From assembly GCA_018400295.1 (NCBI GenBank), contig JAGYMZ010000001.1, positions 2,672-66,671 on the forward strand: 64,000 nt of DNA, given 5' to 3'. Position 1 is the stretch's first letter; each line of letters opens with the position of its first letter. The stretch comes from Bacteroidales bacterium. Lineage in GTDB: Bacteria; Bacteroidota; Bacteroidia; Bacteroidales; B18-G4. Of this stretch, positions 30,427-39,970 are shown piece after piece. A model generated the notes under the pieces. That model was not told where the DNA came from. It did no database searches and was given only the letters and a program-made list of their open reading frames with translations. The position numbers and the translations under genes were made by a program.

Positions 30427-30506
30427 CAAATATACAATACATTGGTTGACTGGCAATAATTACGGGATATTTTATTTACCCGGCAAGGTGGAATTTTATA
30501 ATTTTG
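30427..30506. promoter_or_regulatory. divergent -7 elements for the dehydrogenase operon (30427-30434, minus) and cca (30499-30506, plus)
   Basis: CAAATATA and TAATTTTG. Confidence 0.55.
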
Positions 30507-30513
30507 CCGTATA

Positions 30514-31962
30514 ATGAATCTTGCGGGAAGAATAGATGAATATATTTTCAGGACGATTTCCGGGGTAGCTCAGGAAGAGAACCTGCCGGCTTATGTGATT
30601 GGCGGTTATGTGAGGGACCTCATCCTGGGCCGTCCTTCTGTAGATGTGGATATTATGACGGTCGGAAGTGGAATTGACCTTGCCAGGAAAGTAGCCTCAA
30701 AGATAGATAAACGGATCCCTGTTCATTATTTTAAGAATTTTGGCACGGCCATGTTCCGGTATGATGATGGAAAACAGAACTGGATCATAGAGTTTGTGGG
30801 TGCCCGCCGGGAATCCTACAGCAGGGATTCCCGAAAACCGGTTGTCGAGAACGGAACACTCGAGGATGATCAGAACCGGCGGGATTTTACGATAAATGCC
30901 ATGGCCCTGGATCTTGCACCTGACCATTATGGTGAATTGATCGATCCGTTCAATGGGTTGGCGGACATCGAAAAGAAGATCATACGTACGCCAAGGGACC
31001 CCGGTATTACATATTCTGATGATCCCCTGCGTATGTTACGAGCCATCCGGTTTGCAACCCAGCTGAATTTTACGGTTGATCCTACCTCTTTTGATGCCAT
31101 TATCCGGAACAAAGAGCGGATACGGATCATATCCCGCGAACGCATCAACGATGAGCTGCAAAAGATCATTGCATCCGATAAACCCGGGAGGGGATTTGTT
31201 TTGCTTGATAAAAGCGGATTGCTTGCGTATATTTTCCCCCAGTTGCAGGACCTTAAGGGAGCAGAATTTGTGGATGGAAAGGGTCATAAGGATAATTTCC
31301 TGCATACCTTGGAAGTACTTGATAATGTCGCTGAAAAATCAAACAATATATGGTTGCGGTGGGCCGCCCTGCTGCATGATATTGCCAAGCCGGCGACAAA
31401 AAAATACGATCCGGAAACGGGATGGACCTTCCATTCTCATGAGTATGTCGGGTATAAAATGATCCCGGTCATATTTCGTAAAATGAAACTTCCGATGAAT
31501 GAAAAAATGAGGTACGTTCAAAAGCTTGTTTTGTTGCATTTGCGTCCCATCGTTCTTTCTGAGGAGAGCGTGAGCGATTCTGCCATCCGCAGATTATTGT
31601 ACGAGGCCGGAGAGGATATTGACGATCTTATGCTTTTGAGTGAAGCTGACATAACATCCAAAAACCCCAGGAAGGTACTCCGGTATCTAAAAAATTTCAC
31701 CCTGGTGCGAAAAAAAATGAAGGAAATTGAAGAGAAGGACAGGATCAGGAACTGGCAGCCCCCCATATCCGGGGAAACTATAATGAAGGTGTTCAATATC
31801 CCTTCCGGGAAAGTTGTGGGTATTATAAAAAATTCAATACGCGAAGCCATCCTGGATGGTGAGATAAACAATGAATATGATGAGGCATACCGGTTTATGA
31901 TTGAAAAAGGGAAACAGCTCGGACTGAACCCCACGGAAAATCCCCCATCCAATGAGTGCTGA
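30514..31962 (+). CDS. cca: CCA tRNA nucleotidyltransferase with HD domain
   Basis: GGYVRD, DVDI, RRDFTINAM, DDPLRMLRAIRF, LLHDIAK. Confidence 0.93.
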   Translation: MNLAGRIDEYIFRTISGVAQEENLPAYVIGGYVRDLILGRPSVDVDIMTVGSGIDLARKVASKIDKRIPVHYFKNFGTAMFRYDDGKQNWIIEFVGARRESYSRDSRKPVVENGTLEDDQNRRDFTINAMALDLAPDHYGELIDPFNGLADIEKKIIRTPRDPGITYSDDPLRMLRAIRFATQLNFTVDPTSFDAIIRNKERIRIISRERINDELQKIIASDKPGRGFVLLDKSGLLAYIFPQLQDLKGAEFVDGKGHKDNFLHTLEVLDNVAEKSNNIWLRWAALLHDIAKPATKKYDPETGWTFHSHEYVGYKMIPVIFRKMKLPMNEKMRYVQKLVLLHLRPIVLSEESVSDSAIRRLLYEAGEDIDDLMLLSEADITSKNPRKVLRYLKNFTLVRKKMKEIEEKDRIRNWQPPISGETIMKVFNIPSGKVVGIIKNSIREAILDGEINNEYDEAYRFMIEKGKQLGLNPTENPPSNEC

Positions 31963-32878
31963 TCAGAGAACAAAACACCTCGTTGTGGTCACCGGTCCGA
32001 CGGCCGTCGGGAAAACCCAGACAGCGCTCCGGCTTGCTGGGCATTTCCAGACAGAGGTGATCTCCTGCGACAGCCGGCAGTTTTATTCCGGTATGCAGAT
32101 CGGTACGGCCAGGCCTGCCCGGGAAGAACTTCAGGGGATACCCCATCATTTTCTGGGACATCTCAGACCGGAGGAAGATTATAATGTATCGGATTTCGAG
32201 CAGGATGCACTGAAACTCCTTGACCGTTTATTCACAGATAAGGATATGGTAATTATGGTGGGTGGTTCCGGTCTGTATATCAATGCTGTTTGTTACGGCA
32301 TTGACGATCTTCCCGATGCAGATGAAACCCTCAGAAAAGATCTAAAAAAAACCCTGGATGTTAGCGGTTTAGCGACATTAAAGGAGAAGCTCAGGGAGCT
32401 GGATCCTGTGTATTATGAGCAGGTTGACCTGAATAACCCGAATCGCATCATGCGTGCCCTGGAGGTTTGCATGGTCACCGGCAGGCCATATTCCTCCCAG
32501 CGCCTGGATAAAAGGAAAGAACGGGATTTTGAGCTTATCATGATTGGATTGAACATGGACAGGCAAGCGCTGTTTAAGCGGATACACCGGCGCACGATGA
32601 CAATGATGGAAAACGGTTTGCTCGAAGAAGCCCGTTCACTGTACGCATTTCGCCATTGCAATTCCCTGAATACGGTGGGTTATAAAGAGCTTTTCCGGTA
32701 TTTCGAAGGTGTATATACGCTTGAGCAGGCCGTTGAAAAGATCAACACCCATACCCGCCGCTATGCCAAGCGGCAGCTTACATGGCTGGGTAAAGACCCG
32801 GATATCCTTTGGTTCCACCCCAAAGACCATTCCCTGATCGAAGGCTATATCGAAAAGAAGACAAGGGCCGGTGGTTGA
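31952..32878 (+). CDS. miaA: tRNA dimethylallyltransferase
   Basis: GPTAVGKT, DSRQFY, GTA, VGGSGLYI, TRRYAKRQLTW. Confidence 0.97.
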   Translation: MSADQRTKHLVVVTGPTAVGKTQTALRLAGHFQTEVISCDSRQFYSGMQIGTARPAREELQGIPHHFLGHLRPEEDYNVSDFEQDALKLLDRLFTDKDMVIMVGGSGLYINAVCYGIDDLPDADETLRKDLKKTLDVSGLATLKEKLRELDPVYYEQVDLNNPNRIMRALEVCMVTGRPYSSQRLDKRKERDFELIMIGLNMDRQALFKRIHRRTMTMMENGLLEEARSLYAFRHCNSLNTVGYKELFRYFEGVYTLEQAVEKINTHTRRYAKRQLTWLGKDPDILWFHPKDHSLIEGYIEKKTRAGG

Positions 32879-32953
32879 ATATACAATGTTTACATGTCAG
32901 GCCTGTCATTGGCATTCATGACATCTCCCCCTTTTTCTTTTGCTTTTTACGTA

Positions 32954-33056
32954 TATCTTTTATCCTTTTATCTTTATCCTTTTATCTTTATCCTTTTATC
33001 TTTATCCTTTTATCTTTTATCTTTTTATCTTTTATCTTTTATCTTTTATCTTTATC
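32954..33056. repeat. simple sequence repeat [C]T3-5ATC, 15 ATC units, with a 14-bp higher-order unit CTTTTATCTTTATC x3
   Basis: Read directly; ends 4 nt before the UDG ATG at 33061. Confidence 0.95.
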
Positions 33057-33060
33057 ACCT

Positions 33061-33636
33061 ATGGAAGAACTGAAAAACCGTGTGGAACAATGCACCAAGT
33101 GTCCTTTGCATAAAAGCCGGAATAAGGTTGTTTTTGGGAATGGTAATTACCAGGCCTCTGTTTTCCTGATCGGTGAGGGTCCGGGGTATGAAGAAGATAA
33201 GGCCGGAGAGGCTTTTGTGGGCCGGTCCGGAAAGCTCCTGGATAAGATACTGTTGGCCTGCAATTTCACGCGTGAAGCGCATGTTTTTATCGGAAATATT
33301 GTGAAATGCCGGCCTCCCGGAAACCGGACCCCATATCCGGAAGAAATGGAGGCCTGTTTGCCTTACCTGGAAGAACAGATCGAAAAGGTGGATCCGGCCA
33401 TTATCATAACCCTTGGCGCAACCGCACTGAAGGGATTGACGGGTGAAAACCTGAAGGTCACCAGGGAAAGGGGGAAGTGGAGATTATGGTTCAACCGCAT
33501 GCTAATGCCTACCTACCATCCGTCGGCCCTGCTGAGAAATCCTTCCCTGAAAAGGGATGCCTGGGAAGATTTTAAAAAAGTCATCCTGAAATACAGGGAA
33601 ATTATCGATCAAAATCACCCATGCCAATATATCTGA
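33061..33636 (+). CDS. family 4 uracil-DNA glycosylase ([4Fe-4S])
   Basis: CTKCPL, GEGPGYEED, FVGRSG, NIVKCRPPGNRTP, TYHPSALLR; the upstream part of track ORF 32809 is repeat-derived. Confidence 0.93.
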   Translation: MEELKNRVEQCTKCPLHKSRNKVVFGNGNYQASVFLIGEGPGYEEDKAGEAFVGRSGKLLDKILLACNFTREAHVFIGNIVKCRPPGNRTPYPEEMEACLPYLEEQIEKVDPAIIITLGATALKGLTGENLKVTRERGKWRLWFNRMLMPTYHPSALLRNPSLKRDAWEDFKKVILKYREIIDQNHPCQYI

Positions 33637-34480
33637 GGATATCCGGCTGATGATATTTGATCAGTCCGTCCAGAGGGTCTGCGTGTATATCGCCGATGCT
33701 TAGATCATATTGCCTGGCGACGTTTGTGAGCAAGTTTTTCATGTGATAGGCAACCGAGCCCACGTAGCTTACCGTATAGTCCTGGTAATCTGTATACCGG
33801 ATAACCTGTTCCTGTATAAATTCATCAAAAGAACGGAATATCAGGGCGTGGATCATGGGGTCTTCACGGTATCCGGCAATGAACGGCATGAAGGATCCTA
33901 AAAAACGGTTGGGGCGGGGTTGATTGTAAACCGCATCCAGAATATCTTCCAGGTTGTAAGAATATGCTTCTTCGAATTCCTCCAGGATGTGCACCGGAAG
34001 GTCCTTTCGTAAAAGTGCTGTCAGGAATAACCTTCCGATATGGGCGCTGCTTCCTTCATCTCCGAAAAAATATCCCAGGGAAGGGATGTTCTCTCTAATC
34101 CCTGTTCCGTCATACAGGCAGGAATTGGATCCTGTACCTAAAATACAAGCAATACCTGGCCTGTCATTGAACAGTCCCCGTGCCGCCCCCAGCAGATCAT
34201 GGTTTACTTCGGTATGGGCGTTCGGGAAGACTTTTCCCAGGGCTTCTTCTACAATGAACCGTTTTTTATCCGTTGAACATCCGGAACCGTAAAAGTACAC
34301 GTACCTGACGGCTCCATTATTTACGAAAGGGACCAGGTTTTTTTCAAGACTGTTTACCATTTCATGGGAAGGAACGTAATAGGGATTAAAACCGGCTGTT
34401 TGGTATTTTTTTTCATGTTCGTCTTTTTCAATAAAAACCCAATCGGTATGGGTGGATCCGCTATCTGCAATTAAAATCAT
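33602..34480 (-). CDS. BadF/BadG/BcrA/BcrD-family sugar kinase (Bacteroidota N-acetylglucosamine kinase-like)
   Basis: LIADSGST.TDW, G.NPY, FYGSGC, DLLGAAR, ILGTGSNSC, GDEGS. Confidence 0.85.
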   Translation of the reverse strand: MILIADSGSTHTDWVFIEKDEHEKKYQTAGFNPYYVPSHEMVNSLEKNLVPFVNNGAVRYVYFYGSGCSTDKKRFIVEEALGKVFPNAHTEVNHDLLGAARGLFNDRPGIACILGTGSNSCLYDGTGIRENIPSLGYFFGDEGSSAHIGRLFLTALLRKDLPVHILEEFEEAYSYNLEDILDAVYNQPRPNRFLGSFMPFIAGYREDPMIHALIFRSFDEFIQEQVIRYTDYQDYTVSYVGSVAYHMKNLLTNVARQYDLSIGDIHADPLDGLIKYHQPDILRYIGMGDFDR

Positions 34481-34519
34481 GTAAATTGTTTTTTACAAAT
34501 GTAGTGAAAACCTTAATGG

Positions 34520-34532
34520 TTGGTCTGACCAA
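34520..34532. promoter_or_regulatory. GntR/FadR-type palindrome TTGGTC-T-GACCAA upstream of the kinase; -7 element at 34496-34503 (minus)
   Basis: Perfect 6-1-6 inverted repeat; CAAATGTA at 34496-34503. Confidence 0.55.
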
Positions 34533-34632
34533 TCTTAAAGACGGCTTCACAAAACGAAGAAACGCATATGTGAAATATTCCGCTGTTCATATTTCCGGTT
34601 GTTTCTGGTTTGTGGACTTATGCCAATGAACC

Positions 34633-35013
34633 TCAGAAAAAATAAGGGATGAAAACAATCAAACCAATAGCCAGGGCAGATAATGCGGCGATCAGCACTG
34701 CGGCAGCGGCCATGTCCTTGATCATTCCGGCCCTGGGGTTCGTGCCCGGGGAAACCAGATCGGTCAGCGCTTCAATGGCCGAATTAACCAACTCGGCTGA
34801 AATGACAAGTCCTGTGGCGAACGCAAGCAGGGCCCATTCTGTTCCGGTAATGGGATAAATGATGCCCAACAGGATAATGGCACCCATTGCGGCAAGCTGG
34901 ATCCATAAGTTATGCTGGGTTTTGATGGCGTGAATCAAACCCGTGAAGGCAAAACGGATGCTTTTACCCCTTTGACGCATCGAAAACCCCTCATGCCCGT
35001 GTTCATCTTTCAT
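34633..35013 (-). CDS. dgkA: DgkA-family diacylglycerol/undecaprenol kinase
   Basis: FAFTGL, AELVNSAIEALTDL, KDMAAAAVL; three TMs. Confidence 0.88.
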   Translation of the reverse strand: MKDEHGHEGFSMRQRGKSIRFAFTGLIHAIKTQHNLWIQLAAMGAIILLGIIYPITGTEWALLAFATGLVISAELVNSAIEALTDLVSPGTNPRAGMIKDMAAAAVLIAALSALAIGLIVFIPYFF

Positions 35014-35896
35014 GCTCTGTATGTTTGGGAGGCCAGGGTATCAGTCCTGAAGTATGCTTCATATGTGCATCGTATCCTTTTTTCCGGCCAAGCATTCGTT
35101 CATCGGTCATGGGTACGCTGATGAAAAAGAACAACAGGATCATGGCCAGGGGGCCGGACAATATCCACCATTCAAACAGCATGGGTTTCATGGAAAAAAT
35201 CGACAATCCGATCCAGAACAATACTTCGCCGAAATAATTGGGGTGACGGGAATATTTCCACAGACCGGTTTTCAGGTAAGCACCGGACCCGGATTTTTGG
35301 GTTACGAAAGAACGCAATTGCTCATCCGAAAAATATTCCAGCAGAATGGCCGACAGGGTCACGAGCATGGCAATTATATCCAGGAAACTGATGTTGTTTA
35401 TGTTGGCGGTTATGGCGGGATATACTGCCATACAGCCCAAAAATACCAGGATCGTTGGGAAGAGGTGTATGCCGAGGAAACTGATCAGCCAGTAAATTCC
35501 CGGAAATTGTTTGCGGAAATTCGTGTACCTCCAGTCTTCATCCTGCAGACCGGTCCAACGGCGCGCCCAGTTATAGGTAAGCCGTGTGCCCCATAGCAAT
35601 ACCAGTGCCAGTATGATCCAGGCTACCGGGTTTTCTGCGGCTGGCTGGCTGAACTTCCAGAACAGCAAAATGGGTATTGGGGCAACGCTCCAATATGGGT
35701 CATACACAGAAGAATTATTGAAGGCCATACTGAAGATAAAAACGATCACCGTGGCAAGTGCATCCAGAATGGCAGCTGCCAGGATGGGATGCAGGGATCT
35801 TACTAGCGGATAGAAAAGAAATACGAAGATCAATGCGGTGAGATAAGCAATCAGGGTAACCAACAGTCCTTTTACTTTGATTCGGGTATTTTCCAT
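35003..35896 (-). CDS. DUF1295 / steroid 5-alpha-reductase-like membrane protein
   Basis: NNSSVYDPYWS, WG.RL, EDWRY, SDEQL, GLWKYSRHPNYFGE. Confidence 0.88.
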   Translation of the reverse strand: MENTRIKVKGLLVTLIAYLTALIFVFLFYPLVRSLHPILAAAILDALATVIVFIFSMAFNNSSVYDPYWSVAPIPILLFWKFSQPAAENPVAWIILALVLLWGTRLTYNWARRWTGLQDEDWRYTNFRKQFPGIYWLISFLGIHLFPTILVFLGCMAVYPAITANINNISFLDIIAMLVTLSAILLEYFSDEQLRSFVTQKSGSGAYLKTGLWKYSRHPNYFGEVLFWIGLSIFSMKPMLFEWWILSGPLAMILLFFFISVPMTDERMLGRKKGYDAHMKHTSGLIPWPPKHTEHER

Positions 35897-36186
35897 GCCT
35901 TTTCCTTAATATTTCATATTCAATTCACAAACTGTAGCAGGATCTTTAACGATCTGCAGCGTAAAAATACAACAACCCCCTTATATTCAAAAATTTTTCA
36001 TGGAAAAGACCAAAAGAAATCCGCCGGGGCCATGTTGCTTCTTCCGGTATCGGTTGTGTTGGTGTTGACCATCCTGTCCGGTGAAGGTTTGGTTGTATGA
36101 TACATACATCGGTATTCTGCCTGGTTGGCAACCTGTGCAAGGGTGTGATTTTGGCAAGGTGCGTGAAGCCGTTTATCATGCGGACA

Positions 36187-36903
36187 TTATTTGGGGAGAT
36201 AAAATTTCAGGTCTTTGTAAAAGGCACGCGCAGGCAGGGCGGATCTGTCGGGATGCCCTGCCCATTCGTGATTGGCTGACATCCACAAATTGAACAGGAT
36301 CAGATGGCCTGGTTCCGGTATGTTTTTGCGTGCTGTGCGTATGCGTTTCCCATCGATGTACCATGTTATTTTTCCTGGAGCCCATGCAATGGCATAATGA
36401 TGAAATCCTTCCGATGCATCAAAGCCCGTATTCCTGGTTTTGGGGTATTGCCTGCCCGATGCATCCCAGTAATTGGTGAGTACGGAATATGTATTTTTTC
36501 CCATGATCTCAACATCAATTTCGTTGCCGGGCCGGGCAGGGTCTTTAAGCGTAAAAAAGGAAGATATGAGTCCGGACCCTTTGGCGGCTTTCATGCGGAC
36601 CTCGATCAATCCGTAGGGGTATGCTTTTGCTGTCCGGATCTCAGCTCCTGATACCGGTGTGTCTGCATCCGGAACATAGTTGAGGTTAAGGGCCAGCAAC
36701 GAATCCAGGAATTCCACGTTTCGCGGATGAAAACCTGAAAGGTTATTACGGAAAGTGCCATGGGTCAGGTGCCAGTCATCCCTTTCACCGGACATGTCTG
36801 CTTCCCATTCCAGTTTCCAGTCCCTGGAATAATCAATCGTTGAGCAGGCGGAGGCAAAGACCAGAAAGATCAAACATGGAAACCTGGCCTTCAGGTATTG
36901 CAT
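36187..36903 (-). CDS. GH16 glycoside hydrolase lipoprotein (beta-glucanase-like)
   Basis: Lipobox ASAC, SGAEIRT, YGLIEVRMK, catalytic EIDVE, FHHYAIAW, LWM. Confidence 0.88.
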   Translation of the reverse strand: MQYLKARFPCLIFLVFASACSTIDYSRDWKLEWEADMSGERDDWHLTHGTFRNNLSGFHPRNVEFLDSLLALNLNYVPDADTPVSGAEIRTAKAYPYGLIEVRMKAAKGSGLISSFFTLKDPARPGNEIDVEIMGKNTYSVLTNYWDASGRQYPKTRNTGFDASEGFHHYAIAWAPGKITWYIDGKRIRTARKNIPEPGHLILFNLWMSANHEWAGHPDRSALPARAFYKDLKFYLPK

Positions 36904-37070
36904 GATGCAGGATTTTAATTTTTTGCAAAAATAGGCATTTCTTTTTTTGAGCGATGCAGGGAAGGCACCAATGTCCTTGAAACGCAATATATGATTTAAA
37001 GACAGAATTTTATATCATTTAATTCTCCGGAAACATGAGGGCTTATTGTGCCGGGGTAATAAATTTTACT

Positions 37071-37078
37071 TATCTTTG
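37071..37078 (+). promoter_or_regulatory. -7 promoter element (TATCTTTG) for the RRM gene, implying a leader of about 150 nt
   Basis: TAnnTTTG match 156 nt upstream of ATG. Confidence 0.55.
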
Positions 37079-37234
37079 ACCCGAAAACATGGAAACCGGT
37101 TTATTGGATCAATGAATTATTTCACCCTTCCTGGTGTTTCTTTTTCCTTGCATTTTATAAATCAGTTTCAGGAAATGTTCCGGAGAACATGAAAAACCGG
37201 ACACGTATTTTATTATTTTTTAATTTTCAGTATT

Positions 37235-37483
37235 ATGAATATTTATGTCGGAAATCTGAATTATGACTTGCAGGAATCAGATTTGGAGCAAGTCTTCAGT
37301 GAATACGGAACTGTAGAGTCCGTAAAAATTATTAAAGACCGCGACACCGGTCGCGGAAAGGGTTTTGGCTTTGTTATTATGCCTGATGATGAAGAGGCCG
37401 CTGCTGCTATTCAGGAGTTGAACGGCCAGGATGTTATGGGAAGAAGTTTACGGGTTAATGAAGCGAGACCTCCAAGGAATTAA
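37235..37483 (+). CDS. single RRM (RNP-1) RNA-binding protein
   Basis: IYVGNL (RNP2), KGFGFV (RNP1), LRVNEA. Confidence 0.95.
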   Translation: MNIYVGNLNYDLQESDLEQVFSEYGTVESVKIIKDRDTGRGKGFGFVIMPDDEEAAAAIQELNGQDVMGRSLRVNEARPPRN

Positions 37484-37506
37484 GAATCAAAAAGTAGTTT
37501 TACATT

Positions 37507-37938
37507 ATGACACAAATTAAAAAAGATGACACCGTTAAGGTACATTACACGGGAAAATTTCAGAACGGAGATGTATTTGATACATCGAAGGAAAGAGAAC
37601 CACTGGAATTCAAGGTGGGCGAAGGCAAATTGATACCGGGTTTTGAGAAGGCTGTCGTTGGTATGAATGAAAAAGAAAAGAAAGTGATCGAAATATCTTC
37701 CGAGGATGCATACGGGCCCAGGCATGAAGAGTTGGTTCAAAAAGTGAATAAATCCAACCTTCCTGAAGACATCGAGCCTGAGTTAGGAATGGAACTGGTT
37801 TCCAAGCATCCCGATGGACAGCAGATGGTAGTCCGGGTGGTTGAGGTGGCCGACGACAGCATCATGATCGATGCAAACCATCCCCTTGCCGGCGAAGATC
37901 TTACTTTCGAGATCGAAGTAGTGGAGGTGAACGCTTAA
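37507..37938 (+). CDS. FKBP-type peptidyl-prolyl isomerase (SlyD-like, no His tail)
   Basis: VKVHYTG, FDTS, LIPGFEKA, AYG, DANHPLAG..LTF. Confidence 0.93.
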   Translation: MTQIKKDDTVKVHYTGKFQNGDVFDTSKEREPLEFKVGEGKLIPGFEKAVVGMNEKEKKVIEISSEDAYGPRHEELVQKVNKSNLPEDIEPELGMELVSKHPDGQQMVVRVVEVADDSIMIDANHPLAGEDLTFEIEVVEVNA

Positions 37939-37963
37939 TAGATCTAAAAGCGCTTAAAAAATG

Positions 37964-38000
37964 AAAAAGTCCGGATTTTATTTGAAAGTCCGGGCTTTTT
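37964..38000. terminator. bidirectional intrinsic terminator between FKBP and EthD-like genes
   Basis: AAAAAGTCCGGA...TCCGGGCTTTTT. Confidence 0.8.
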
Positions 38001-38074
38001 GTTTTTCTACCGGACGATCAGCCGATGTGTTGGATGGACTATAGGGAATGGCCTGCCATTCATTCAAAAGGATG

Positions 38075-38743
38075 TTAACGGATATGGTATTCTTTTGTCA
38101 GGTATGTTTCAATGCTTCCGTAGTCTATGAAAGATTTTACATCGACAAATACTTCAAGCATGTGGTATAGCATTGTGAGCGGATTTCCGAAAAACCTGGC
38201 TGGATTCAATAGGTCGGAAGGTTTTCTTGTGTGCTCTTCAACAATTCCGTCATACCATTTCGTTCCGCTTTTCAGTTTTTTTGTTACCACATTCCGGGAA
38301 TAATGCCATATAGGGTGTACACGAAGTGTCAAAGGCGTGTGTCCTTCGTGCCAGCGCTTGATAAAAACAGGATAATCAATGGATCTTTTTTTCCTGAAAA
38401 GCGTGAGAAGGCAGGAGCCCGGAGTGGCTTCTCCGGAATTCCATTTCCTTTGATGGTCTACAGGCCTGGCTTCCTTAACGGCAAAGGCTTCTGTGCATTC
38501 CAAAGAATGTATGAGCGGATCCAGGGGGGTGTTTGTTTTCCGGTAAACCGACACGCATGCCATGTTTTGCTTGCCAAAGGGTATAACCGATATACCCGGC
38601 GGATTGGTTTCGGTCACCGTGAAACTCAAGGCGCAAGGACTGGCATCGCAAGCAGCCTTTTCCGTTATTTCCCAAATTTGCTCCTTGAACGATGACCGGG
38701 ACATGGATGGGGCGCCCCGGAACAGATACATTTGCTTATACAT
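38075..38743 (-). CDS. EthD-like dimeric alpha+beta barrel protein
   Basis: C-terminal half LFRKK...F..RWH..H.PL......HY.RN.V....YDGI.E matches the EthD pattern. Confidence 0.6.
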   Translation of the reverse strand: MYKQMYLFRGAPSMSRSSFKEQIWEITEKAACDASPCALSFTVTETNPPGISVIPFGKQNMACVSVYRKTNTPLDPLIHSLECTEAFAVKEARPVDHQRKWNSGEATPGSCLLTLFRKKRSIDYPVFIKRWHEGHTPLTLRVHPIWHYSRNVVTKKLKSGTKWYDGIVEEHTRKPSDLLNPARFFGNPLTMLYHMLEVFVDVKSFIDYGSIETYLTKEYHIR

Positions 38744-38917
38744 CTCCGTGTATTTTTTTTTGCCGGCACAAGGTACTAAAAAATTCTTCCTTTTACATGC
38801 CCGGATTTACATCAGTGCCTTTATGAATTCATTGCCTTTTTAAGGCACACGTCGGGTTAAATTATATCTTTGATGTTTGTTTGCAGGCATATTATTACTT
38901 CATCTAAAACCAATACC

Positions 38918-39970
38918 ATGACTTCCCTCAGGGGCAGGGCCTTTTCAATACTCGTAACCGGTGGTTCAGGTTTTCTTGGCAGATCGGTTGTTTCTGAATT
39001 TTTACTGAAGGAGTCGCCTGTACAGGTGACAAAGATCAGAATTCTGGATATCACCCCGTACCCCGGTGATTTACCGGATGGGCGTGTAGAAGTTATGGAG
39101 GGTGATGTACGTAATTATAAAGAGGTACGGGAAGCATGCAGGGATATGGACATGGTAATCCACGCTGCAGCGATCGTGGATTGGGGTACGAAGCCGGAGC
39201 ATGAAGTCTTCGATGTAAACGTAACCGGAACGGAAAACGTCATCAGGGCCTGCCGGGAAGAGGGGGTAGGCCATTTGCTTTATACGGGGTCGCTGGATGC
39301 GGTGCACACAGGCAAACCACTGGTGGATATTGATGAATCCTGGCCATATCCTGAAAAACATTCCAATATGTATTGCCGCAGCAAATACCTTTCTGAAAAG
39401 CTTGTTCTGAAGGCAAACGGCCAGAAGCTAAAAACATGTGTTCTACGGCCTTCAGACATTTACGGTGAGGCGGATCCTTATCATATCCCTGCCCTGATAA
39501 ATATGGCCAGGAATGGGTTTTATGTCCGTCTTGGAGGCGGCCGGGCCAAATGCCAGCATGTTTATGTACGGAACATGGCCTATGCTCATGTATTGGCTGC
39601 CAGGGCATTAATGGCCGATGATTGTGTGGTATGCGGCCAGGCTTATTTTATCACAGACGGGCCGGGGACTAATTTTTTTACTTTTTTTGATCAGATCGTC
39701 AGAGGAGCTGGTTATCGCATACGTCCTGAGAACTTATGGCTTCCCCGGTGGCTGGCTTATTCCCTGGGTACAATGTCGGAGTTCGCGGCCATTCTGGTGA
39801 GGCCGTTCAAGTATTATCAGCCGAAATTCAGCCGTTTTGCCGTAATATATACATGTACTGATTTTACATTCCGTTCCAATAAAGCAAGAAAAGATTTTGG
39901 CTATATTCCTAAATACAGCGAAGCGGAAGCCCTGGAAAATACGATCCGGTATTACCGGAAATCCGTGTAG
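38918..39970 (+). CDS. 3-beta-hydroxysteroid dehydrogenase/NSDHL-like extended SDR
   Basis: VTGGSGFLG, HAAA, NVTGT.NVI.AC, YCRSK, LRPSDIYG, GQAYFITD; -7 element TATCTTTG at 38865-38872. Confidence 0.85.
   Translation: MTSLRGRAFSILVTGGSGFLGRSVVSEFLLKESPVQVTKIRILDITPYPGDLPDGRVEVMEGDVRNYKEVREACRDMDMVIHAAAIVDWGTKPEHEVFDVNVTGTENVIRACREEGVGHLLYTGSLDAVHTGKPLVDIDESWPYPEKHSNMYCRSKYLSEKLVLKANGQKLKTCVLRPSDIYGEADPYHIPALINMARNGFYVRLGGGRAKCQHVYVRNMAYAHVLAARALMADDCVVCGQAYFITDGPGTNFFTFFDQIVRGAGYRIRPENLWLPRWLAYSLGTMSEFAAILVRPFKYYQPKFSRFAVIYTCTDFTFRSNKARKDFGYIPKYSEAEALENTIRYYRKSV

Noticed and set aside
32954-33056. TTATC repeats as possible DnaA boxes, origin or CRISPR
   Set aside because: No TTATCCACA 9-mers, no unique spacers, and no dnaA or cas genes
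32809-33060. Hydrophobic N-terminal extension (FILLSLSFYLYPF...) of the UDG ORF
   Set aside because: Translation of the TTTTATC repeat mimics a TM segment; family 4 UDG begins at 33061
35946-36186. Small ORFs in the DUF1295-GH16 gap (tracks 35946-36179, 36081-36293, 36097-36279)
   Set aside because: Mutually overlapping with no motifs or start context; none can be supported
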